Source: Candidatus Hadarchaeota archaeon (GTDB taxonomy: Archaea > CAYQAE01 > CAYVLA01). From it: a stretch of DNA of 64,000 nucleotides. The notes beneath the pieces are model-generated. The model saw nothing but the letters and a program-made list of their open reading frames with translations, did not search any database and was not told the origin of the DNA. The stretch lies in NCBI GenBank assembly GCA_964621445.1, contig CAZUNO010000015.1, positions 9,636 through 73,635 of the forward strand, written 5' to 3'. Within the stretch, counting starts at the first letter, position 1, and each line of letters starts with the position of its first letter. Shown here one piece after another: positions 10,855 to 20,678 of the stretch. A program made the translations under genes and the position numbers.

Positions 10855-12242
10855 TCCCAACCAGTTCCGGGCTGAAAGCCATGGTCCTGTTTTGCCTGCT
10901 GGCAATTCCCCTCAACGCTATTTCGGCCGATTCATCAGAAATCAATTATCCCGTCCAAGGCATGATCTGTCTAGCTCCCCAGTTCGATCCCTCGACCTAT
11001 GAGACACGTGTCAAGGATATGCTGGATCTGGGTGTGGGCACCATAAACTCGTTCCACGGGACTCCGGAAAATAACCACCTGTTCCTGGAGGAGACGGACA
11101 GTGGCGGGGTCCATTTCATACCCTCCATACACCTCATCTGCTGGATCAGGTTCGGTGATCCCCCATACCCGGATTCCGGCCCTCTTGGATGGGAAAACAT
11201 CCTTAGCTGGCTCAAGCTCTACGGGTACAGGGAGCCGAATCTTCCAAAACCCTTCGACCAGGGCCCGGATGGCGGGAATCCCTTAAACGATATTGAGCTG
11301 CGAGAACAGGTGGAACTGGTCCTGGAAAAAATCGGTGACCGCGGTATTCACCCATCCCTGCTTGCCTACTATGCCTTCGACGAGCCCTCCAGCAATGCTC
11401 CCGGTACCATGGACAGGATTGCTAGGCTGCATTCCGCCCTTTCCGAATTCGAGAACGCACCTCTTCCAACTGGAATATTCCTATGGAACGATGACGGCCA
11501 GAGGGCAGTAAGGGAGTACATGGAGGCCCTGGACCGGGAGGCCCCGGGACTTAAGCCCGGCTTTTTAATGTACGACTGCTACCTTCTCAGATACAGGGTG
11601 GGGTCCGGGTTTAACGATTACCGCTACCGGGCCCGGCAGTGGGTTGAGATAGGGAGAGAGTACGACCTCCCAGTGGTGGTCGTGCCCCAGGGCTTCCAGG
11701 TAAACGATAGGCCGGCCGCCAACGAGCTCAGGGCCCAGGTATACATAGCCATGGCAGAGGGCTGTAAAGGCATCTCCTGGTTCAGACTTGAGACCCTGGA
11801 GCTCATGGAGGACTGGGCCCTGGACGAGATCAGGGAGATCAACGCGGATATGAAGATAATATCACCGCTGATAGCCGAACTAGAGAAGGTCGCAAATCTG
11901 GCCCAAACCTCGGATGGCTTTGCTAATACCTTCAGACACCGGAATGGGACCCTGTTCGTGTTCCTGGCCAGCACCGACGTGTTATCGCCACATAACGCCA
12001 GCGTATCCCTGGGCCTCTCAACGTTAAACATGTCGGTAAAATCGGTAATAGACTGTCATTCGGGTGAGGTGATCCCCATCAGCGACTCTCAGGGCCAGGC
12101 CAACTTTTCCCATAAATTGGAGCCCGGTGGAGGCCGCCTGTTCATGATCGAGACCAGGCCCCAACCCGTAGGCGAGCTGCTCTTGCTCCGTATGCTTTTC
12201 ATACCTCTCCTGCTTCATTCGCTTCGATTCTCGAGCTCCTAG
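10851..12242 (+). CDS. Secreted glycoside-hydrolase-like TIM-barrel protein with hydrophobic C-terminus
   Basis: Signal peptide; YYAFDEP, YDCY, VPQGF, G.KGISWF typical of clan GH-A-like barrels. Confidence 0.7.
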   Translation: MIPTSSGLKAMVLFCLLAIPLNAISADSSEINYPVQGMICLAPQFDPSTYETRVKDMLDLGVGTINSFHGTPENNHLFLEETDSGGVHFIPSIHLICWIRFGDPPYPDSGPLGWENILSWLKLYGYREPNLPKPFDQGPDGGNPLNDIELREQVELVLEKIGDRGIHPSLLAYYAFDEPSSNAPGTMDRIARLHSALSEFENAPLPTGIFLWNDDGQRAVREYMEALDREAPGLKPGFLMYDCYLLRYRVGSGFNDYRYRARQWVEIGREYDLPVVVVPQGFQVNDRPAANELRAQVYIAMAEGCKGISWFRLETLELMEDWALDEIREINADMKIISPLIAELEKVANLAQTSDGFANTFRHRNGTLFVFLASTDVLSPHNASVSLGLSTLNMSVKSVIDCHSGEVIPISDSQGQANFSHKLEPGGGRLFMIETRPQPVGELLLLRMLFIPLLLHSLRFSSS

Positions 12243-14185
12243 GACCAGCCGAGGAGCATGAGCACCCGATATAATATCCCCCCGGTGACGGTGGCAAATA
12301 TTATCTCGAATGCGGTGACATAGGCCGCGTCCCTCCACCCGAACTCCCGGGCCATGGCGGCTATGGTGGCGATGCAGGGGATGTAGAGCATTACCACGTA
12401 GGCGAAGACGTACATCTGGGCCGGGGTTAGCACCGTGTTGAACTGGGTGGTCCCTAGCAGGGTGGCCAGCATGAGTATGGTCAGCTCCTTGCGCAGAATG
12501 CCCACCACCAGCAGGACCCCAATAATTGCCGGGAGGCCCAGCAGACCTACGGTGACCGGGGCCAACAGATCCGACATTATCTGGAGCACGCCTCCGACCT
12601 CCATGGCCTTGATCAACACCCCGGCACCAACGATCACCGGAAAGGCCATCTTGACGAAGCTGCTGAGCCGGAACCAGGTTTGCTTGAGAACGATATTGGG
12701 GGATGGCTTCCTGTAGGAGGGCATCTCCATTATCAAACCTATGGCCTCCCCGGGAAGGGTCCTGTAGGCCAACCTTCCCAGCGCGAAAACTATGATCAGG
12801 TCTATGACGTAAAGTGATAGCGCATAGAGGGGTCCCAGATATTTCCCCACCAGGGCAAGGATGACTATGGTCCTGGCGGCGCAGGGCACCAGGGTGGCAG
12901 CAAAGGCCGCTATAAGCCGTTCCCTCCGGGTTTCCATTATCCTGCAACCAAGAACCGCGGGAACGCTACACCCGTAGCCTAGCAGCATGGGGATAAAGGC
13001 CTTCCCGTGAAGACCCATCCTGTGCATTGCCGAGTCCATGAGAAAGGCGATCCGGGCCAGGTATCCAGAATCCTCCAGGACGGAGAGAATGAGGTAGAAG
13101 GGCAGTATATAGGGCAGGGCGATGGTAATTCCGGCGAAAACTCCCTCGATCAAACCCTCCTGGATTATGACCCCGAGGGGACCGGTTCCCAGGATATCCT
13201 GGAGTATGGGCCTTATTATACCCAGGGCCGAGTCGAGAACGCCCGAGAACCAGTCCCCAAGCGTGAAAATGGACAGGAAAACCCCCAGGGTTATGAGGAG
13301 CATGATAACATATCCCCAAATCCCGTGTGTGGTGAGGGCATCCAGCTTACTGGAAAGGGTTCGCCTGGGTCCATGGATAAACTCCTGACAGGTAGAGGAT
13401 ATCCGGTTGGCCAGGGCGTAACGCTCCGAGGTAATCACGGTGCTCGCCGGCTCACCGTGTATTGATTCCAGCTCCGAACGCAGGGAGTCCGCCTGGTCCA
13501 GTATCTCCTGGTGGGAGATCATGTCAAGTACCTTCTCGTCGCTCTCCAGGAGCTTGATGGCGATCCACCTGGTTGGGTATGGCCAGGGTCCCTTTTCCTC
13601 CAGGAGCTGGCTTAACTGGGAAATCCTTGATTCTATCTCCGGCCCGTATTCTAGCCTCTTGGACTTTCCTCCCCCTTCAGATTCGCCGACCGCTATGGCC
13701 TCCCTGAGCATCTCGGTCAGCCCGGTTCTCTTGGTGGCAACCGTGGAGACCACCGGTATGCCCAGTTCTCTGGACAGCTTCTCGGTGTCGATCCTTACCC
13801 CCCTCTTTTCGGCCTCGTCGTACATGTTTAGGGCTATTACCAGGGGTGCCTCCAGTTCCATGAGCTGGATGGTGAAGAACAGGTTTCTCTCCAGGACGGT
13901 GGAGTCCAGGACGTTGATCACCACGTCGGGCTCCTCCTGGGCGATGTACTGGCGGGAGACTATCTCCTCCTCCGAGAATGTCGATAGGGAGTATATTCCC
14001 GGCAGGTCGATGATCTTGAGGTTCCTGTCCTCGAAGAACAGGGTGCCCTCCGCCCTCTCAACGGTCTTCCCGGGCCAGTTTCCTATTACCTGGCTTAGAC
14101 CGGTGAGCTGATTAAAAATTACGCTTTTCCCCACATTGGCATTTCCGGCCAGGGCCATGCGGAGGTCCGGTCCTTCATCATCCAC
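12239..14185 (-). CDS. feoB: Ferrous iron transporter FeoB
   Basis: GNANVGKS, GNWPGKTVE, DLPGIYSL, NMYD, LEDSGY.AR, GYGCSVPA; GTG start at 14185 preferred (ORF extends to 14203). Confidence 0.97.
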   Translation of the reverse strand: MDDEGPDLRMALAGNANVGKSVIFNQLTGLSQVIGNWPGKTVERAEGTLFFEDRNLKIIDLPGIYSLSTFSEEEIVSRQYIAQEEPDVVINVLDSTVLERNLFFTIQLMELEAPLVIALNMYDEAEKRGVRIDTEKLSRELGIPVVSTVATKRTGLTEMLREAIAVGESEGGGKSKRLEYGPEIESRISQLSQLLEEKGPWPYPTRWIAIKLLESDEKVLDMISHQEILDQADSLRSELESIHGEPASTVITSERYALANRISSTCQEFIHGPRRTLSSKLDALTTHGIWGYVIMLLITLGVFLSIFTLGDWFSGVLDSALGIIRPILQDILGTGPLGVIIQEGLIEGVFAGITIALPYILPFYLILSVLEDSGYLARIAFLMDSAMHRMGLHGKAFIPMLLGYGCSVPAVLGCRIMETRRERLIAAFAATLVPCAARTIVILALVGKYLGPLYALSLYVIDLIIVFALGRLAYRTLPGEAIGLIMEMPSYRKPSPNIVLKQTWFRLSSFVKMAFPVIVGAGVLIKAMEVGGVLQIMSDLLAPVTVGLLGLPAIIGVLLVVGILRKELTILMLATLLGTTQFNTVLTPAQMYVFAYVVMLYIPCIATIAAMAREFGWRDAAYVTAFEIIFATVTGGILYRVLMLLGWS

Positions 14186-14894
14186 CTGTCTCCACCTCAA
14201 CAAACACCCTGGAGGCGATGCCGAATCCTATGGCCAGCCTCGACCCCCTGAGTTCTACGTTTACCGGACCACTAAGAGGAGCCGACCTTATCATCTTGAC
14301 GCTGGTTCCGGGGGTTAGCCCCATGTCGGATAATCTTCTTACTGCTCCTCTTCCCGCCCGGATGAACGCTATCTTGGCGGATTCTCCTGGTTCAAGTGAG
14401 GTAAGAGGCTTTATGGGCATATCTCTTTTCTCCTTCCTTGGTTCCTGGGCCGCTATGCACTCGACACAGCTGGAATAGGGGCTGTCGCAGGGTGGTATGG
14501 GTTTGTTATCATCGGGGCAAAAATCCGGATGTTTAAGTATTTTGCACAGTGCTTGCTCTGCCTCATCAGAGAGGTGGTGCTCAAGTTCGCAGGCCTCATC
14601 GTGAACCTTTTCCTTGTTCATGTTTAACATTGAGTAAAGGAAGGTTTCCAGAAGACGGTGCTTTCTGGTCATCTTTTCCCCCTTCTTCTCCCCGTCATCG
14701 GTGAGACGGGCCCCGTGGTAGGGTTTGTATTCAACGCAAGCTCGCCTTGCCAGTTTTTTCAGCATCTGGGTAGCGCTCGCGGGGGAAACGTTTAGTGACT
14801 TGGCCAGATCGGTGGTCCTCACCGGACGGCCGTTACGGGTAAGTTTGTATAGCGCCTCGAGGTATTCCTCGGGTCCTTCATCCATAACTAACAT
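14178..14894 (-). CDS. DtxR/MntR family metalloregulator with C-terminal FeoA domain
   Basis: EEYLEALY, RKHRLLE.FL, EACELEH, CP...PIP, RL.DMGL.PG FeoA. Confidence 0.95.
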   Translation of the reverse strand: MLVMDEGPEEYLEALYKLTRNGRPVRTTDLAKSLNVSPASATQMLKKLARRACVEYKPYHGARLTDDGEKKGEKMTRKHRLLETFLYSMLNMNKEKVHDEACELEHHLSDEAEQALCKILKHPDFCPDDNKPIPPCDSPYSSCVECIAAQEPRKEKRDMPIKPLTSLEPGESAKIAFIRAGRGAVRRLSDMGLTPGTSVKMIRSAPLSGPVNVELRGSRLAIGFGIASRVFVEVETGG

Positions 14895-14896
14895 TG

Positions 14897-14910
14897 TTAG
14901 GCTCGCCTAA
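14897..14910. promoter_or_regulatory. Palindromic DtxR-type operator TTAGGC-TC-GCCTAA
   Basis: Perfect 6-2-6 inverted repeat between a minus-strand TATA-like element (~14911-14918) and the dtxR start; TTAGG..CCTAA matches DtxR-family boxes. Confidence 0.8.
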
Positions 14911-15009
14911 ATTTAAGTCTTTCGCATATCCCGATTCGAATTCCAGATAATCCTATAATGGCCGGACGGGGGGCAAGACTTTTCTATTGAAAACACGGAA
15001 AGAGTAACG

Positions 15010-16263
15010 TTGAAATGCGGAAATTCTGGCCAAATGGTCATCCTGATCCTGCTTTCGGTTCTAATCTCCCTGTCCATGTCCTCGGCCAAAGTGGACCCGG
15101 CGACCATGAAGATCAGGATAATATGCATAGGGGAGTCCTATGTCCCCGAGACCCGGCTACCAATCCTCCTTAAGGCCGATCCTAGGATAGCCTACCAGGC
15201 AATACCCGCTAACTGGGCCGAATCCACCTTCCAGGTGATTGGAGGGGCGAGCAGAAAGGACGCCCTCAAGTTCATACGTCAGTACATGCCCCGGAGCTAT
15301 GGCTTATTCGTGGAGAACTATGACATTATACTGCTATCGGATTTCGAGGTTGACGTGATTACCGAGCAGCAGTTCATGTGGATGGAGAGGGGGGTGAGGG
15401 AAGGAGGCATGGGCCTGGGCAAGTACGAGATGAACTATGACCCCGGGCATTTCTCCACTTTCGACCGCTTCCGGGCATCGGCGGTGTACAAGGCGGTCCC
15501 GGCCGACCTGAAGAGCGGGTCCCTCATGAGGAGGCCGCTGGAGGGTATATACGCGGTGAAGATGCCGGACACGGGGGAGCCCCATCCCATGCTGGACCTA
15601 CCGGAGATGAGGCGCTACAGGCTTCTCGGTTCGGGCGATTACGGATACGAGACACCCCGGACGGGAGCTACCGTGGTGGCCCGTTTCAAACCTAACGACC
15701 AGGACGCCATGATTATCTGGGATTACGGCGATGGGCGTTCCCTTACCTGCGTACCTGGCCTGGACAAGATAAGCGGGGCGGCAATCACAGACTGGCCCTT
15801 CGTGGTCGACTTCTGGATCAACCAGATGTGGTACCTGGCCGACCTAGCTATTCCCGATGACATACAGATGGTCCACACCCTCAGGTCGGATTCCCTGACC
15901 TACGTAAACGAGAGGAGCCTGGCCACCTCGGTCATCCAGTTCGTGGAGAAGTTCGGGGCCTCGACCGATAAGCTCTACGGCACCCTGGACGAGGTGGATG
16001 AGATAAAGGCCGAGTCCGATATGCTTTACATGGAGGGGAGGTATGAGGACAGTCTACAGAAGCTCGAGGAGGCCTATGCTGCCCTTGGCGATCTTTCCCG
16101 GCAGTCGGTAGAGGTCAAGGAGAGGGCCCTATTCTGGATCTACACCATCGAGTGGCTGGCGGTGAGCGGCACGGCCATCCTTACCGGGGTTATCGTTTGG
16201 AGCCTGATGGTGAGAAGACGCCTCTACCACGAGGTGGAGATCACCAAAGCCGAGGAGAGTTGA
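15010..16263 (+). CDS. Surface protein family paralog 2
   Basis: Signal peptide, YMPRSY..YD, FVEKFGAST, ALFWIYTIEW...LMVRRRLY. Confidence 0.9.
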   Translation: MKCGNSGQMVILILLSVLISLSMSSAKVDPATMKIRIICIGESYVPETRLPILLKADPRIAYQAIPANWAESTFQVIGGASRKDALKFIRQYMPRSYGLFVENYDIILLSDFEVDVITEQQFMWMERGVREGGMGLGKYEMNYDPGHFSTFDRFRASAVYKAVPADLKSGSLMRRPLEGIYAVKMPDTGEPHPMLDLPEMRRYRLLGSGDYGYETPRTGATVVARFKPNDQDAMIIWDYGDGRSLTCVPGLDKISGAAITDWPFVVDFWINQMWYLADLAIPDDIQMVHTLRSDSLTYVNERSLATSVIQFVEKFGASTDKLYGTLDEVDEIKAESDMLYMEGRYEDSLQKLEEAYAALGDLSRQSVEVKERALFWIYTIEWLAVSGTAILTGVIVWSLMVRRRLYHEVEITKAEES

Positions 16264-16657
16264 ATCCCCGGGAGGGCATACGTATTATCAAACGCATGGG
16301 AAAATACCCTGATTCATAATCTACGAGTGACAGTTGCAGTGATAAAGTAGCGACTATGTTGGGAATAACTATAGTAGCACATTAGCCCTATACAGATAGC
16401 ACATCTTAGGAAAAAGCCTAATCCTGTAATTACAGCTTAATTCTAATTTTTTTACAGGAACAATTACTGGCAAAAGTTAATGCTCTATACCTTTCTTTGG
16501 ATAATCAAATTGTGGTAAGAGAGAAAATAGGAATATTGGAACTTGAATTAATTTCATGAAAGCATATGATTACAAATTTTAGTAGAGCAAAATTGATAAG
16601 TGCTAATAGTTCGCCAACACTACTTTAGTTCCTGAATTCCCTGACTATCAACCATTA

Positions 16658-17959
16658 ATGAGGCTAATCTCTTTGCCTGACGTAAAAATATCCTTCATCG
16701 GTGGTGCCAGTATGACTTGGATGCCGACATTTTCCCAGGAATTATTGGGCTGCCCTGAACTGTCTGGGAGCACAATAACGTTGATGGACACCGATGAAGA
16801 GCACCTCCAGGTAATGAAACGGTATATCAATCGGATGAAGCGGGAGCTTGGGGCAGATGTCACAATTGGGACTACGGTGGATCGTGAGGATGCGCTATCC
16901 GATGCTGATTTTGTGGTAACTACATTCATGGCTGGAGGGCACGAATACTGGGCGATGGATTTGAATATAGCCCTGAAGTATGGCCTGCAGACGCCAAAGG
17001 GCATGTCGGTGGGGCCTGGAGGACTTTTGCAGGGACTTAAAGCGATTCCTATGATAGTTGAGATAGGTCAGGAGATGGAATCTCTCTGCCCGGATGCCAA
17101 GCTAATTAACTACACGAATCCAATGTCGAGCATTATATTAGGGCTCCAACGTTATTCGAGCATTCCAAGCGTTGGCGTATGTCCAGGATTGGAACACGAA
17201 ATGAGCCGTTACGCAGATATGCTGGAAGTACCGGAGCATGAGCTGCAAGTCCGTGCTGCTGGCGTCAACCACTGTGACTTCATTCTCGAGCTTCGCCATT
17301 TGGGTGAAGATGTTTTGCCTAAAATCATTGATATGTTGGCGAAGGACGAGCAGGAACCCATCAGCCGCTTGATCTATGAAATCTTCGGGGGCCTTCCTAC
17401 ACCTGGTGACATCCATATCATGGAGTTCTTCCCATACTTCATGCGACAAGGAACCGATCTGGAACAGTGGGGTCAGACGCACAATTATGTTGAGAATCGA
17501 ATAGCAAAACGAAGGTCTTTTTGGAGGTCGATCAAAGCCGCGGCCCAGGGGGAAGGAGAGTTCGTGACCAGCTATGAACCCCGGGAGAAACTCGACAAGC
17601 TAATATGCTCCTCGGTTCTAAACCAGAACAATGTTTTCCAGCTGAACCTTATGAATCGAGGATCCATACCAAATGTGCTGAATGACGCTGTTATCGAGTT
17701 ACCTACCGTAGTGGATCAATACGGATATCATCCTGTGCAATTCGGAAATCTGCCGACGGCCATCGCTGGCATCTGCAATACTTCTGCCACGGTACAGGAC
17801 CTTACCGTTGAAGCTGCCATGAAAGGAGACCGCCAGCTGGCCCTACAGGCATTGCTTATGGATCCTCTGTGCTACTCGATGGAGATAGATGAAGCTGAAT
17901 CAATGCTTGATGAAATGATAACTGCACAGAAAGTTTGGCTACCTCGTTTCTTTGAGTAG
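16658..17959 (+). CDS. Glycoside hydrolase family 4 (NAD-dependent alpha-glucosidase/galactosidase)
   Basis: KISFIGGAS, AL.DADFV, GPGG, NYTNP, GVC, AGVNH, A.LMDPL. Confidence 0.92.
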   Translation: MRLISLPDVKISFIGGASMTWMPTFSQELLGCPELSGSTITLMDTDEEHLQVMKRYINRMKRELGADVTIGTTVDREDALSDADFVVTTFMAGGHEYWAMDLNIALKYGLQTPKGMSVGPGGLLQGLKAIPMIVEIGQEMESLCPDAKLINYTNPMSSIILGLQRYSSIPSVGVCPGLEHEMSRYADMLEVPEHELQVRAAGVNHCDFILELRHLGEDVLPKIIDMLAKDEQEPISRLIYEIFGGLPTPGDIHIMEFFPYFMRQGTDLEQWGQTHNYVENRIAKRRSFWRSIKAAAQGEGEFVTSYEPREKLDKLICSSVLNQNNVFQLNLMNRGSIPNVLNDAVIELPTVVDQYGYHPVQFGNLPTAIAGICNTSATVQDLTVEAAMKGDRQLALQALLMDPLCYSMEIDEAESMLDEMITAQKVWLPRFFE

Positions 17960-18080
17960 CCTGAGCAACGGTCAGATGAAAAAAATGGTAAGTGTCCTTC
18001 CTCTAATCTAGAACTACAGGAAATGGGCTACCACAATTTATAAACACAACCTCATTTTCAATGCCTCCGGTTTTGATATC

Positions 18081-19286
18081 ATGTCCGAGCTGCTTTCATC
18101 AAGAGAAAGAATGCTAAAGGCTCTAGATTGCAGGGAGGCTGACCATGTTCCCCTGTCCTTTATGATCTATACTGCTTTGAGGAAGCAGTGCAACGACGAC
18201 TTTGAATTCGTGGATAGACAGCTCGAGATGGGGTTGGATGCTACAGTCCGACTAGAACTTTCCTCCTCGGATGATATACCTAATCACAGGGATCTTCCTG
18301 GTCTACCGATTCGCTATGATCCAGATGTGGAGGTCGACGAATGGGTTGAAGAAGGACCGGGACAAGGGCAACCAAACATTCTGCATAAGGAATACCACAC
18401 GCCTGCGGGTGTATTGAGTACAGTTGTGAATCAAACCGAAGACTGGCCCTACGGGGATCATGTTCCACTTCTTGACGATTATCTGTGTCCTCGTTCTCAG
18501 AAGTACCTAGTAGAGAAGAAAGAGGATCTCGAGGCACTTCGCTATCTTTTGACATCGCCATCTGAGAAGGATATTGATGCATTCCAAAGAAAATCAGAAA
18601 AAGCCCTAGAGTTTGCTGATGATCGTGATCTTCTAGTTACAGGGGGACGTGGAGTTGGGATGGATGCTTCTGCATGGTTATGCGGATTCCGAAATGTGGC
18701 AATCGCTGCTCTTCGCCGGCCCGATTTTGTGGAAAGCCTCGCAAAATTCTTGCATTCATGGAATCGCAAGAGGATGAGGGTTTTTCTGGACACGGGCGTC
18801 GACCTTTTCGTACGGCGTGGCTGGTACGAAGGCACAGATTTTTGGTCACCAAAGCTGTACCGCCGGTTCATATTTCCTTATCTTAAGAAGGAAATTGAGA
18901 TGACTCACAGAGCAGGGGCGAAGTTTGGATATATAATGACCAGTGGGTCCATGCCACTCCTCGAGATGTTTGTTGAAGCTGGATTGGATGTGTTGATCGG
19001 AATTGACCCTGTCCAGGGAAGAGGAACCGATCTATCCATGATGAAACGCAAACTTCGGGGAAAGATCTGCCTATGGGGCGGGGTCAATGGTTTCATCACC
19101 ATGGAGACGGGTAGTAGGAACGATGTTACCAGAGCGGTCATGAGAGCTGTAAAGATACTTGGACCATCAGGGGGATTCATTCTTTCACCTGTGGACAATG
19201 TCCGGGATAATTCCCCTGCGACCAAGGAAAGGGTTCAAGCAATGATCGAGGAATGGAAGAGGATTAGAGAATATCCAATCAAGTAG
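18081..19286 (+). CDS. Uroporphyrinogen decarboxylase/MtaA-like family protein
   Basis: SSRERM..AL...D.VP, SP.LYR.F..PY, LWGGVN, GGFILSP. Confidence 0.85.
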   Translation: MSELLSSRERMLKALDCREADHVPLSFMIYTALRKQCNDDFEFVDRQLEMGLDATVRLELSSSDDIPNHRDLPGLPIRYDPDVEVDEWVEEGPGQGQPNILHKEYHTPAGVLSTVVNQTEDWPYGDHVPLLDDYLCPRSQKYLVEKKEDLEALRYLLTSPSEKDIDAFQRKSEKALEFADDRDLLVTGGRGVGMDASAWLCGFRNVAIAALRRPDFVESLAKFLHSWNRKRMRVFLDTGVDLFVRRGWYEGTDFWSPKLYRRFIFPYLKKEIEMTHRAGAKFGYIMTSGSMPLLEMFVEAGLDVLIGIDPVQGRGTDLSMMKRKLRGKICLWGGVNGFITMETGSRNDVTRAVMRAVKILGPSGGFILSPVDNVRDNSPATKERVQAMIEEWKRIREYPIK

Positions 19287-19363
19287 TCTATCCAATAAAC
19301 TGATCTTACTCGGAGCACCTATAATTGGCGACAATTAGGTGATGAAGGGTAAAACGTACGTAT

Positions 19364-20617
19364 CTAACGGCTGAATTTGGTTATCCCGACGTCTCGATAA
19401 AGGTGTTTTCTGGCCATCAACGTCCACAGGACGTAACCCGAAACCATCAACGCGGATGTGGTGACAAGCCATTCGATGGTGTAGACCCATAGAAGGGCAA
19501 TGCCTCTCAGGTCCCTTGCCATTTTATCCGCTTCTTGAAGGTCCTGAAAAACCCGTGTCATCGTTTTTTCGCATTCAACAAATTCTTGGTTCAGGTACTG
19601 CTCCTCGGCCATATGGACTTCGTCTTCGAGTTCCCATATGGCCTTCTGGACCTTTTCTGTATTGGCTCCGAACTTATCGATGAAATCGCTTAGCGAGATA
19701 AGCACTGCCTTTTTCGCTCTGAATTCGATGAAGCTAGACTTTAGGCGATGAAATACCTCTACATCCTGGATGAGAGATCTTCCCGTGGAGTAGAGGATGA
19801 TGTTGGTGAGAATGTCTGGAGCGTATATATTATCATTTGATGTCTTGGGATAGCGGAAGAAACCAAGTTCCTTGTGCATGGCGTCACCAATTGTCATCGT
19901 GGTCCCCTCCCCGTATTTCCAGGTGATTAGATATGGAACATCTTCATTCCCCGGGAAGTTCCCCACCTGCCAGGCGAGAATTGTAGATCCGTCCCGTGGT
20001 ATCAATAACCTCGATTCACTGCAACCAACTTCTTCAATTCCATATGGAATATAGGGAGTCAATACCGGGTCGGGGAAGTCCTTGTTGACACGTACTGTGA
20101 AATGATTATATGTGCTCTCTCCACCGCCTCCCCGCGCAACGACTGCTGGCGCATCATTGGGGAATGACTGTTGCGTGAGGGAGTTGGCCCAAGCCTCATG
20201 TATTTGGGAAACTATACTGAAGACGCTTGCATCATTAAAACCCCCCGCTCCTTCCTCTATAACGTCGTGCATCCACTTGTCCTGCTGTGTCGTGAACAGG
20301 TAGTATTCCGGAGAAGTCAAGAGTATATAGTCAAAGCTCTTCATCTCCTCATAAGTTCGAGGAAAGTACTGTCGTATGTACTTGATCATGGTACTCGCTC
20401 CACCTCGGATGTAGTCACCTCTAGCTGGAATTGCCACCATGTCAATGAGGGGTTCGTCCCTCAGAAAGTGGGGAAGTTGGGCGTTGCGATCCAGGATCTG
20501 CCCGGTGAGCATCACTTTGATCTGTTCTCCTCCTAGACAGGAGGGTGAAGAAATCAAAATAACTCCCGATAGCACCAGTATCAACAAAGACCAAAATTGG
20601 GAGGATGGATGATGCAA
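19364..20617 (-). CDS. Surface protein family paralog 3
   Basis: YFPRTY...FD, FIDKFGANT, ALLWVYTIEW...LMARKHLY. Confidence 0.9.
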   Translation of the reverse strand: MHHPSSQFWSLLILVLSGVILISSPSCLGGEQIKVMLTGQILDRNAQLPHFLRDEPLIDMVAIPARGDYIRGGASTMIKYIRQYFPRTYEEMKSFDYILLTSPEYYLFTTQQDKWMHDVIEEGAGGFNDASVFSIVSQIHEAWANSLTQQSFPNDAPAVVARGGGGESTYNHFTVRVNKDFPDPVLTPYIPYGIEEVGCSESRLLIPRDGSTILAWQVGNFPGNEDVPYLITWKYGEGTTMTIGDAMHKELGFFRYPKTSNDNIYAPDILTNIILYSTGRSLIQDVEVFHRLKSSFIEFRAKKAVLISLSDFIDKFGANTEKVQKAIWELEDEVHMAEEQYLNQEFVECEKTMTRVFQDLQEADKMARDLRGIALLWVYTIEWLVTTSALMVSGYVLWTLMARKHLYRDVGITKFSR

Positions 20618-20678
20618 AAATCTTCTCGCTTAAAAAGCGACGATTATTATATAACTATTTCGCCCGGGTTAACAGTTA

